Shown in pieces: positions 26,168 to 38,295 of a stretch of 64,000 bases of DNA (the stretch's first letter is position 1; every line of letters starts with the position of its first letter). A program made the position numbers and the translations under genes. The stretch comes from Octopus sinensis (taxonomy: Eukaryota). The stretch is from NCBI RefSeq assembly GCF_006345805.1, contig NC_043009.1:35774001-35838000 (forward strand), given 5' to 3'. The notes beneath the pieces were generated by a model. The model was not told where the DNA came from. It made no database searches and worked only from the letters and a program-made list of their open reading frames with translations.

Positions 26168-27610
26168 TAAATATTTTCATCAAGACAGAAATGGTGAATA
26201 TTGATAGAGGTGGGTCGGAGGTGGTTACAGAATACACAGAAAAATTAATATCATTTTTTATGTGGTGGTGTTTGCATTTATCCTGGGGTTACGATTTGGC
26301 TGTTTAATTAAAAGCACCACCGAATTTATTTTTCCACCAATAGTTTGCTAGCCAAAGGTTTTGTACTCGAAATCCATATAGTAATAATGTTTTAAAAAAA
26401 TAATAATGAAGACTTAACACAGAGAATATTCTATCAGAGAACGTCACCTGATATCTGAGATTAATTAAAGACACATACATTTACTCCGTCGATAAATGTA
26501 ACGTCATGACATGTAATATCGGTTTTCTTTAACATTCTATACTTTATATTAGACGAATCGAGAAGTCGATACAATAATGTTTTCCCCAAAAGCAATAACA
26601 TTATTATTTTGTGTATATATCTATAATACAATCTTGTTCATTATATCTGTTGTCCAATAAGCCAAACAACATGAGGAATCTTACAATAAACACATCATCA
26701 GGTGCCTTAGCGTTTGGGTTCTTTCACAAAGAGAAGGGATTATGTCATATGACTAGTGTTCTTACATCTCTTGTCAGAAAGTTGATGGAAAATGAGCTGA
26801 GGCTGATCAGAAGATTAAGTTTATAAAATGCCTTCAGCAGAGAATCAAAATTGCTTCCTGTTCTAGGGTGTCACATACTAACAGCTTCTAATAAGATTAC
26901 TGATCCAAGCCCTGGTATATCTCCCTTTTTTATGAAAATTATAATCTATTTGTAAATATTTGTACTCTTCCTGTAAAGAAAGAGTTGTTACCAATCAGAA
27001 AACATCACCGGGATGTAGATTACTACAAAGATTCAGAGTTAGACGTTGAACTTCAGAAATGTTTATTGGACAATTTCTTTGCTTGAAAACAACTGCTTTT
27101 TAAAAGTACCACCTAAACATTTAGTAAAGTTGCTATGGTTACCCATAATGAAAATTAAAAGCATCACTGGAGTCATTTTTAAGAGGCTGTCCGTAAGTAT
27201 CCCCTTCCTCGTTGAGGTTAAGATCTTCATATGTGCAGGTGAGTTGCCTTCTGTGGCAGAACACGATTTTACTTTTAGGCCCGAAGCTGTAAAATATTGC
27301 CAACGAAATTGCATCTTTTAGCAACAGCATCATCCTACATAGCATGTTAGTAATTTAATGGCATTTTCTAGTAACTGTTGTTCACACACCTTAATATCTT
27401 CTACAGAAATGTGAAATAATCGATACTTTTCGTCGCGTTTTACGATCGTAAGCACTTAAAAGTGGTCATGGGACATTTTGCTGATCTAGCCAGTTCTTGA
27501 AATTCGAAAAAATAACTTTCAAAATTTGACGTTACTTAATAATTAAGTCCAAGAGATATTACACATCCTTCTACAGTTTACGGAAAGCATATCTTTATTT
27601 TTAACTCATA

Positions 27611-27679
<69 letters not shown>

Positions 27680-27683
<4 letters not shown>

Positions 27684-27825
27684 GACGGGTTCTTTCAGTT
27701 TCCGTATACCAAGTCCATTCACAAGGACATAGTAGAAGATATTTGCACAAGGTGAGATGCAGTGGGACTGAACCTGGAACCATGTGGTTGGGAAGGAAAC
27801 TTCTTACCACACAGCCACACCTCCA
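27680..27825 (-). mobile_element. SINE family A 5' half
   Basis: The minus strand reads GGTGTGGCTGTGTGGTAAGAAG...CACATGGTTCCAGGTTCAGTCCCACTGC...GGAAACTGAAAGAACCCGTCGTA and then enters (TA)n. Confidence 0.85.
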
Positions 27826-27834
27826 TCATCTATC

Positions 27835-27896
<62 letters not shown>

Positions 27897-27933
27897 TAAT
27901 AACAATAATAACAATAATAGTAATAATAATAAC

Positions 27934-27990
<57 letters not shown>

Positions 27991-27994
<4 letters not shown>

Positions 27995-28277
27995 CTCTGA
28001 ACGGGGTATAAATAGTAGCTGCACAACAATGTGAAGTATATTTGCCACCTAAATGTGGCTAACCCCTAAGTGTGGATGCTACTGTAGCTTGTAGCCCCAG
28101 GAGGACACTTCCTCCAGCTGGCTATTGACAACCTTTCTGTGCCCTATCAGTATTTGCAAAGGGAAGCCATCCTTCCCGTTTTCAACATATGATACCCTTA
28201 GCGGTTAGCCACATTTAAGTGACAAATATACTTCACGATGTCGTGCAGCTACTGTTTACACCCCGCTCACAGATTTA
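27991..28277. mobile_element. 287-bp element with ~80-bp terminal inverted repeats between (AAT)n and (ATT)n
   Basis: The left arm AAATCTCTGAACGGGGTATAAATAGTAGCTGCAC...GTGGCTAACCCCTAAG is the reverse complement (about 10 mismatches) of CTTAGCGGTTAGCCAC...CCCCGCTCACAGATTT. Confidence 0.8.
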
Positions 28278-28399
28278 TTATTACTTGTTTACAATTTTCG
28301 ATATCAGTGACATTTAGTTACTGGAAAAAAGGATATATATTTGCAAAGGGATCCTACTTTTCATCGACAACCGGTGATTGTCACACGCTGATGACGGGA

Positions 28400-28697
28400 T
28401 GTGTGGGGCGCAGTTGAGCGAGAGACAAAACTCCTTGTAACGCCAAAGATGAACTGAAAGCAAGGATTATGGCAGCATTCACCAACTTAAACAGGGAAAC
28501 CGCGCATAAGAGTAGCAGGAAATGCTGAAGTCGTCTGGAGTCTGTGGTTGAAGCCAATGGCCATTTTATTGAATAAATTCACTCTTTAGTCTCTCAAGAT
28601 GTCATTATGTAATTTTGTAAATATATCTGTTAAAATGAGATGAGACTGATATTTTCATTTTTACGTTTAGACGACAGTTTATTCATCGCACCCTGTA
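28400..28697 (+). mobile_element. Tc1/mariner-superfamily transposase C-terminus plus right TIR
   Basis: VWGAVERE..TPCNAKDELKARIMAAFTNLNRE...SRLESVVEANGHFIE*; the element ends in CACCCTG followed by TA. Confidence 0.75.
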
Positions 28698-28777
28698 TAT
28701 ATGCATTTCTGTGTACATGTGTATTTTTGCATGGATTCATTATATATACGTGTGTCTATGTATAAATCCTTAAAAAT

Positions 28778-28818
28778 GTTTTAGCCCGAAGGCCGCGGCC
28801 ATGCTGGGGCACCACCGC
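28778..28818 (-). mobile_element. isolated SINE/CR1-type 3' tail variant
   Basis: The minus strand reads GGTGGTGCCCCAGCATGGCCGCGGCCTTCGGGCTAAAAC. Confidence 0.65.
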
Positions 28819-29126
28819 TGAATACGTATAATTATATTTGTGTATATATATATATATATATGAGTGATTGTGTGAGAGTCCGCACGCAAGGTTAAAGGTG
28901 AGCATATATATATATATATACGTGGGTGTGTATCTGTTTGGGAGTAAGAGTGTGTATATACACACGTGGTTAGCTATATATATGTGCAAGCCAAAATGCA
29001 TTGGTTTACTTATTTTTGTGTACGTATGTGAATATGTATATATATACCCACATATGAGAGTGGGGTATAATTAAGCGAATAAGTATATATGTAGATCGAT
29101 GTATGTATATATGTATGCAATTGTTT

Positions 29127-29184
<58 letters not shown>

Positions 29185-29929
29185 CGTGTGTATATATAGA
29201 TGCGTAAATTTATGTGTGTATACACGAATATGCACGTGACTATATGTGTATATATATAGACATATAAATACATAGTCTGTGTGGGGAGTGTATATATGAG
29301 CCTTTGTGTGTATGTGTGTATGTATCCGACCACTGAATACTAAAGGTCAGCTAAAGAAATTCACACCTGTAGCTAACAATGAAGAAAAGATCAGCAATAC
29401 AACCAAATAAAATACCAATCCCATTAATTGTCAGCAATCTACTAAAATACACACCTATTACCTTTCATAGCAGTCAACTAACCGCACCCTGGCAGCACAT
29501 CCCATGATTTTATTAGCTTCTACTGATTTCAAACCACATCGGAAGAAGGGAATGGCTTTGATGTCGATGAAATTAAACTCACGGAGACAACATTCGCATA
29601 TCGCCTGAGAAAACACAACTAGAGCTCATTATGCAAGCAAAAATTACATAATCAAATACCTGTATTCCTGGAGAATTGTGTTGCGTCGAAACAATTGTAG
29701 CGATTAAAAAATAACTGTCCAATAGTACTCCTCTTGTTAACCCCAATATATTCAGTTTTATATTCACACACGACGAATGCCCAAATTTAAACTTGAAAGT
29801 ATATAATAATACTACCGCATAGTAGTACTGGGCAATTCTGAAGGTAGACGAGCCTTATACTGCACTCTACCGCGTTCTTAACGGAATATAACATAACTAT
29901 ATTTATATATATAATCTTCTATTTTTTTA

Positions 29930-30038
29930 TTCCTTTATTTGTTTCAGTCATTTGACTGCACCCATGCTGGACGAACAAATCAGTGGGACTGAAACTGGAA
30001 CCATATGGAAGCTACTTACCAGACAGCCACTCCTGCGC

Positions 30039-30040
<2 letters not shown>
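29930..30040 (-). mobile_element. SINE family A, head joined to tail by a large internal deletion
   Basis: AGGCGCAGGAGTGGCTGTCTGGTAAGTAGC...TTCAGTCCCACTG is joined almost directly to CCAGCATGGGTGCAGTCAAATGACTGAAAC. Confidence 0.8.
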
Positions 30041-30130
<90 letters not shown>

Positions 30131-31261
30131 CATTTATATTAATAATTATCGCCAAGCTAACATGGCAGTCCAAGAAAATAGGACGAATGCTGCCGTTGAT
30201 TAGCTCCAAGAGGCCATCGCCTCTAGCTAGCTATATGACACACGAACCTGTGTCCATTATAACCTTTTGGTGTTAGCGAAAAGAAATATTTAGATGATAT
30301 CCAGATGAGCAGCCATCTTGATGTGTCCTAAACTAGATTTCTATCTTCCTGGGCCTCTAGATTTGTTCACTCTATCATTTATCTGTAATCGAACATTACT
30401 GATTCAATTTTCAAGCATTATAGAATCGCATATGGATTTATTGTACGTCTTTAGATGTTTATGGGGGAAAGATAACACAGGATGAGAGGCATCATCTCAT
30501 TTTTAGATTTAAATTCTGTCAAGTACTCAAACCAGTGTGGAAGATCTTATGTGGTCGCTAGAAATAACGGTTGATTTTGTCACTAATAATATTTTGTCAC
30601 GTTCAAGACGAAGTACGTTGTACAGTGTAATCGCTGATACGTTTTACCACATATAAAAGATAAGATGTTTACGGTTAGAATGCTTCTTATCCAAGATCAT
30701 TCGTGCTTATTCGGGACTGATTGGTGGTAAATGGCAACAACATTTGCTCCCTTTATAGTCATTCACTATCGTGCATGATTCTTATTTTGATATCACAATG
30801 TATCTCTCGTTACTTTTCTTACAAATACACGCGGAAAGAGCAATAAATGAACTATAAAATATGTTAATGGTCATTGAATATACATAATACGGCATAAACA
30901 ACGACAGTTTTGAACCTAATTATCATCTATGCTGAACTTCATGTCTGTAATAAACTATTTCTTGTTGCTTCTCTTCCATGAATATATATCTTATTTACGA
31001 ATACGTTTTTGAAAGATGCACAAAATATTACTTGTTTCACTTCTACAGTATTCGATTCGAAGTGAAATATATTAGTAAATAATATATGATTACTAAATCG
31101 TATTACTTTTTATTGTCTACTGTGCTGCATTTTAAAAGTAACCAAATGTCGTAAAATTGGCAAAAATATCTTTCGCACAGAAAAGCAATAACATTGGGGT
31201 TTTTTTCATTTTCATGTTAGCCTTTTTTTTGGAAATGTTATTCTTGGTGATTGTTAGTGGT

Positions 31262-31674
31262 AGTGATTGGTTGTTGTTGTTGTTGGTAGTGGTGGTGTTG
31301 GTGGTGGTGCTGTTGATGGCAGTGGCGTTGGTATTGTTGATGATGTAGCTGTTGCTGTTGTTCCTGCTGTTGTTGTTGTTGTTGTTTGTGGCGGTGGTGC
31401 TAGTGCTGGTGATGGCAGTGGCGTTGGTATTGTTGATGCTATTGCTGTTGTTGCTGCTGCTGTTGTTGTTGTTGGTGGTGGTGGTGGTGATGGCCGTGTC
31501 GTTGGTGTTGTTGATATTGTTGATGTTGTTGCTGTTGCTGTACTTGTTGATGGTAGTTTTGGTGAAGGTTGTAGTAGTAGTAGTAGTACTAGTAGTAGCA
31601 GTAGTAGTAGTAGTAGTAGTAGTAGCAGTAGTAGTAGTGGCAGCGGCAGCAGCAGCAGCAGTAGTAGTAGTAGC

Positions 31675-31712
<38 letters not shown>

Positions 31713-32045
31713 CAGTAGTAGTAGTAAACGAAAAAGAAAAAGAAAAAAATGATAATGATGTTGATGGCGTCATTCATGATGAGAACAACAATGACGATGA
31801 AGCTGATGCGGGCGACGAGCAGTTGAATAAATGAGGAAGAAAGTGTAGTTAAAGGGAATTAACCATAATAAGAATTGGGGTGGGAATCTAGTATAACGAT
31901 AGTGAGGTGTTAGGCAGTTAGGGGGTCTTAATGACCCCCACATACAAACACATGTATGTAAACACACACACACACACAAATAGAGACTGCACAGAGATAC
32001 ACACACACTTACACCATTCTGTTGATGGTAGTTTTGGTGAAGGTT

Positions 32046-32079
<34 letters not shown>

Positions 32080-32095
32080 CAGTAGTAGTATTGGC

Positions 32096-32145
<50 letters not shown>

Positions 32146-32170
32146 CAGCAGTAGCAGTAGTAGTATTGGC

Positions 32171-32207
<37 letters not shown>

Positions 32208-32212
32208 AACGA
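31262..32212. repeat. compound trinucleotide region (GTT/GGT/GCT, then (GTA)n) with local duplications
   Basis: Directly visible. The block GTTGATGGTAGTTTTGGTGAAGGTT-(GTA)n-AACGAAA occurs at about 31545 and 32021. Confidence 0.9.
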
Positions 32213-32369
32213 AACTGAACCGTGACAGACTAGCCCAGAAATAAAAAATAATTTTAATTCCAAATTGCGCTTCTTTCCCCCCACCCAACCAACCTCCCAC
32301 ACTGTCCCTTATAATAGCAAACATTCTTTAGTTACACGCAAAATAGAAAAAGCCAAATGTATATATATA

Positions 32370-33400
32370 TAGTAGTCCACCGAGGAAAATTGTCGACGAA
32401 ACAGAGAACATATACATGAATAGCTTGTTCATCTCTTCTATCTCTAATGGTGAAAACTACAAATATCTCAGAATCGATGAGCATGTTGCATACGTGGGTG
32501 CTGGGATTAAAGCCAGATTAACAAAAGAGTATTTCTGTACACTCCGGGACATATGGAACTCAAGGATGTCTACATTTAACAAGACCACATCTTAAAATGC
32601 TTTTGCAGTGTCAGTGCTAGTACCAACATTTAATATATTAGACTGGACACGTGACGAGATTTGCAGTACTGACCACTACTAGCAGCGTCCACCGATATTT
32701 AAGACAAAGTGATGGCGGTAGATGCACAACGTCAGTCCAAACAGCCTTTGAATGTCAAACTGTATCACTCAGACAACACCTACTGAAGAGTAAGGAAAGA
32801 AATGAATACATTCCATTCATGCACAAAAGTGAGAACAACAACATATTCAGAGTTGGAGATAAATACTACGAAGGTACTTTGAAAATATGACTGTCTCATG
32901 CGACCCAAATGTGCTGGACTGACCTACCTAAACAGATGCTTGGAGCAGAAGCAGGCGTCCTAGCCAGCAAAAAGCAAAGCGTGGGTACATATCCCGTAAG
33001 GAAAGTGATAACAGCAGCATTACCAGGAAGTGTAGCCACCCTTGGACCAGAGATCGATACATTGCATACTACCGAGAAGGATGTGCTTTTGCCATCCAAG
33101 AAGGAATGGGAGATAGCTACTAAATATCTGATAAACAACACTGACAAAATATTATCAAACCTCTACGTTGTAATAAAAGAAAATACCGGCTCTACCATAT
33201 TAGTGTGGAAAATATCACCCACATCATCAAAAGACACCTCTAAAATGCCAGGGAGATCCTTAGGCATGATATAGTTGCAAAGCTATCTACAACACTATCC
33301 GCAGGAAGGATTTCTCTGATGTATACATCAAAGCCATTTCAGAACCAGCGGCAAAGTTGACACCTGAACTCAAAAAGAAAGATCACGCAATAAGTAAAGC
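32370..33400 (+). mobile_element. R4/Dong-type RLE retroelement relic (RT C-terminal half)
   Basis: YKYLRIDEHVAYV..KARLTKEYF..LRDIWNS..STFNKTTS*NAFAVSVLVPTFNILDWT and RHDIVAK remnants; heavily decayed. Confidence 0.6.
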
Positions 33401-34151
33401 ATGCTATTTGTCAGACATTATGTATTAATCAAATTGCTGTATGTATTAATCAAATCCCTAAAAGAGATGAAGTGACCAACAGACTTTACATCTCCCCTTA
33501 TCCTTTTGTAAATATTAATGCTTAAGATAAACAAATGTTTGTTCTAAAAAGACACTGACATACTCGTCAAATAAATTCCACCTTCCTAACTCGAACAGGA
33601 ATATAATATCTAAATAACATCAACAACATGTAAGGAAACTTACTGGCCACTTAAAATATACGACCTTCATACATTCTTTACATTTCATTGCACTACAAAA
33701 ACTGACACACCGAATTACAAGGTTTTAAATGGCAGACTAAACTTTGAATTTTGACATTTACATCCTGAAAGCAAAAGATTAAATCTAATGCAACCAGAAA
33801 TAGCTAAAGCTAGTGACACATCTGCTACACCGAAACATTCCTTCTACCTATCTATATTGTTTTCTTAACTCCTAAAAGATAATCCAACATAAATCTGATG
33901 AATCTAAATATACGCGCCTATTTACATGTTTCTACATGCATGAAAAATTCTGAAAAATATTATATTCCCCAAATTTAATCAATGAAAAATTCTCCTTAAC
34001 ACCTCACCGCAACAACCTACCCTTCAACTTAATTAGCACTCAAGATTACTTCACATACATCACAATCAAATTAAGGCTTAGACGACTGAAAACTTCGAAG
34101 TCACTATAAATACAATACGTGAAAACTACAAATATCTCAAATACGTATATT

Positions 34152-34545
34152 CTTTTATTTGTTTCAGTCATTTGACTGCCGCCATGCATGAGCACCACCT
34201 TTTGTCGAACAAATCAATTTTTGTTGGCCTAGTACTTATTTTATCGGTCTCTGTTGCCGAAACGTTAAGTCATGGGGACGTTAACACACCAACACGGTTG
34301 CCAAGTGATGGTGGGGAAACAAATACAGACATACAAACATGCACACACACACACAAATACACACATATATATATATATATGTACGACGGACCTCTTTCAG
34401 TTTCCGTCTACCAATTCCACTCTCAAGGCTTTGATGGGACTGAGGCTATAATAGAAGACACTTGCCGGAGGTACCACGCACTGGGTCCGAACCCGGAACC
34501 GTGTGGTTGGTAAGCAAACTATTTACCACATACCCAGTCCTGTGG
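34152..34545 (-). mobile_element. SINE family A, near full length
   Basis: Head (GGTAAATAGTTTGCTTACCAACCACACGGTTCCGGGTTCGGACCC), body, internal TA/TG run and tail (CAGTCAAATGACTGAAACAAATAAAAG) are all present. Confidence 0.9.
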
Positions 34546-34643
34546 CCCCATCTCTCTCTTTCTCTCTCACTGTCTATATATATATGTGTATGTATATATA
34601 TATCTTATCTAAAATAACAATTGCTTAACCATTTTCTCACACC

Positions 34644-34691
34644 GTCTCCGATAAAGAGATATATAAAATATCCCGGAAACAGCTGTAAGAC
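34644..34691 (+). ncRNA. degenerate minimal hammerhead motif
   Basis: GTCT-CCGATAA-AGAGATAT..ATATCCCG-GAAAC-AGCT-GTA|AGAC. Stem I is GUCU/AGAC, the AGCU loop is palindromic and the triplet is GUA, but the core differs from CUGAUGA at two positions. Confidence 0.55.
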
Positions 34692-34917
34692 CTATTCATA
34701 AATGTTCTAAAATCTTTAGCCGCCTTGGATATTTATCTCATTCCGAAAAAATGTTTTTTATATATACACATGCTAATATATGAGCCACGTTGGATTCCTC
34801 ATTCGCATAATCACCGAACCTGGAGCTTAACTATATAGCCTGCCATAGCACTTACTCAGCATTACCTGACACCTTTACACCTTTAGGTCTTATTGTGGGC
34901 ACCATTACCTCGCATAT

Positions 34918-35010
<93 letters not shown>

Positions 35011-35021
35011 TATATAATACA

Positions 35022-35057
<36 letters not shown>

Positions 35058-35116
35058 CATATAATATATATATATAATATATATATATAGATATTATATA
35101 ATATATATATATACTA

Positions 35117-35166
<50 letters not shown>

Positions 35167-35310
35167 ATATATATATCATATATATAAATATAATATAAAT
35201 ATATATATATTATATATATACACATATATTACATATATATACATATATATATATATATACACATATATATACATATATATAAATATATATATATATATAT
35301 ATGATATGAT

Positions 35311-38040
35311 TGATTGATTGATTGATTGATCTAGTTTCAGCTTATGAGCTGTGGCCATGCTGGGGCACCGCCATTTGGTGTTGCTACTTGGTTTCACACT
35401 TCATGGAGGCTTCTAGCAACTGCTATTTGGTGCATGAGAGAGTTCGATGCAGCTGCCCTCATCTGCCCCTCCCCTTGAAGTTGGTTCATCTGGACACCTG
35501 ACAGGAAGAGATCCAGCTTCATTTTAAAGACATCTGTATCTACCCCATGCAGGTCTCTCAGGTTCTTCGGGAGATATTGAAGAGCTGTGGGCCTCGGAGC
35601 CGGCTATCACAGAATCTTGTCCTACATCTTGATGGCAGGTTTGGAGTCCTAGGCACCACGCAGTGGCGCCCAGTTCTGGCATTTGCGTAACTCTCGATGC
35701 CAAAGTTCAGGACACTTCCCTCCAGGATCTTCCAGATGTATATTATGGCATATCTTTCCCGCCTACGCTCCAGGGAATATAGTTTTAATCTCTTGAGTCT
35801 TTCCCAGTAGCTTACATTCTGCATAGAGGCTATCTTCTTTGTGTAGCTTCGTTGGATCGCCTCAAGTTCTGTGATCAACTTGACACTGGATGGTGACCAT
35901 AGCTGAGAGCAATAGTCAAAGTGGCTTAGGACAAGTGCCTTCCAGAGGACCATCATGGTTTCTTGTTCTCTTGTTCTAAGGTTCTAAGAATCCATCCAGC
36001 CAGCCGTCTACATTTCATTGTCAGTTTAGCACATGTACATGAAAGGTCGCGTCATCACTCATGTGAATACCCAGGTCACGCACTGATTGTGCCTCTGGGA
36101 TTGCAATCCCTCCGGGTCCAGTGTATTCATTGGGTATTGCATTCAGTTTTGCATGCTGATAGTATAAAGCTTGAAACTTTCCAGCATTGAACTGCATGCT
36201 ATTCTTTTCAGCCCACTTGTATATTTCGTCCAGCTCACATTGCAGGTGTTCAGTGTCCTCAGGGTTCTGTATTGCCTGTGAAACTTTTGTATCATCTGCA
36301 TAACTTGTGATCGTGGCTCTCTGCGTGGCTGAGGGCATGTCTGAGAGGGCCATTATGAACAGTAGTGGTCCCAGAACAGTGCCCTGCGGAACACCGCTCA
36401 CTATTTGTGTGTTAATGGAGGTGGCCCCATTGGCTACTACCACCTGACTTCTATCCTTCAGAAAGTCATGAAGCCATTCTCCCCGTTTTCCAACTATGTT
36501 GAGATCACGCAGTTTGTGACATATCATTCCATGATCGACTTTATCAAAGGCCTTTGCAAAGTCGAGATATATCACTTCCACATTTGAGTGGTTGAGCAGC
36601 CGTTTTCACAGCACCCAGTCATAGTGTTGTAGGAGCTGAGTTAAACAGCTTCTCCCTGGTCGGAAACCATGTTGGGTGTCGGGCAGCAAGTCATTCTCTT
36701 CAAGGAAGTGATCAGCTTCCTTCTGACTATTCGTTCCATGACCTTGCTGATGTGTGAGGTCAGAGAGATAGGTCTATAGTTCTTGGCTTCCGCTCTGCTA
36801 CCTCCTTTTATGAATGGGGCATATTTTACCTTCCTTCAGTTTTCCTGGAAGTTTGCCAGCTGCAAGGAAGCTCTGAAAGAGGAACTGCAGTGGTCTTGCT
36901 AGGACTCTCTTACATGCTTTTAGGAGGATTGCCGGGAATCCATCGGGGCCAGTAGCTGAGTCTGTTTTCATTTCATCTATAGCCTTGGTTACATCGTCTT
37001 CCTTTATATCGATGTAATCTCTCGTCGCCGCCTCTGATTTTATATCTGCAGTGTTAAAAGTCAGTTGGATTGGTGATTTGGAGATGCCCAAGGGGTGGAG
37101 TGAAAACACTCTTGAATTGCTCATTCAGTATTTCACTTACCCTCATTGGTTTTCCTGTAAGTGTGCATCCTTTTCGAGGAGTGGCCCTATTCTACAGTGC
37201 ACTGTAGCTGTTTCTTTGGCATACCTGTAGAAAGCTCTGGGGTAGATTTTATGTTTTCTATAGCCCAGCTTCTTGTCTGCTCTTTCTTTTTCATGGGAGA
37301 GTTGCAGACATTTTTTTCGATTTCCAACAGTTTTTATTTTTAGGCGGGACTTTTCACTGCTTTCAATCTGTTTGTTTAGGCGATTTGAAAATTTCGTACG
37401 CCGTCTCATTAAAATTTTCCTCTCTCTGGGGATTTTGTCTTGTGTACAGTGGATTTTTCTCTCTGGGACACATTTGTAGCATATGGCTTGCATTACAGAC
37501 ATGAATTGTTGAAGTTTCACGTCGATGTCTGGCGAGGAGAGACATTTAGGCCAGTTTTGTTTGAGGATCTCTTTCTCAATTTGTTTCAAGTTTGCCTTAT
37601 GGTAGTTCAAGCTGGAAAGATTTTTGAGGTTTTCTTGTAGGCTGCATGTCCGTGCTCTCTTTTGGCCCGTACATGGTCAGCTCTATCATGTTGTGATCCG
37701 AGAGTATGTCGGTGTCACTTTCACATTATGGATGAGATCCATGTCATTTGTGAAGCAGAGATCCAGTGTGTTACCTCCTGCCTGGTTGGTTGGAGTATTA
37801 CCTGCTCCATGTACAGGGTGTTGATGAGTTCAGGAGGACCTCGCCTGTCCTCGTTCGCATCTTGTCATTCCTGGGAGAGAAGGCCCTCGGGCCATCTGAC
37901 ATTTGGCAGATTGAAGTCTCCCATAAGAAGCACACCTATGTGTTGCTCTACTGTGGTTAGAATTTCTTCTATTTTTATAATAAGGCAGTCTTCAAACTTG
38001 CCCACATGGCTTGGGGATCTGGAGGGCGATATTTAGCACG
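35311..38040 (-). mobile_element. CR1-group LINE ORF2 (partial APE plus RT), 5'-truncated and frameshifted, with (ATCA)n tail
   Basis: APE YRPP and LLMGDFNLP; RT SATGPDGFPAILLK, NYRPISLTSH, QHGFRPGRSCLTQLL, YLDFAKAFDKVDH, SGVPQGTVLGPLLF, YADDTK, RDLGI, SHFDYCSQLWSP, YWERLKRLKLYSLERRR. It ends in a conserved tail plus ATCA repeats, with (TA)n on both sides. Confidence 0.93.
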
Positions 38041-38087
38041 ATAGGGCGATATATATATATATATATTATATACATATATATTATATA

Positions 38088-38141
<54 letters not shown>

Positions 38142-38261
38142 ATACTATATAATACGTATATATATGATATATATATATATATAATATATTATATATATAT
38201 TATATATACTATATATACAATATATATAAATTATATATATATAGATATATTATATATATAT

Positions 38262-38295
<34 letters not shown>

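Noticed and set aside
26640-27600. Possible hAT transposase relic on the minus strand (similar weak hints at 20560-21500)
   Set aside because: Only short, vague motif resemblances; needs tblastn or HMM confirmation.
31132-31834. Long Thr/Asn-rich 213-aa ORF (mucin-like) and overlapping poly-Val/Ser ORFs
   Set aside because: Several frames on both strands are open because the DNA is trinucleotide repeat; no splice or domain evidence.
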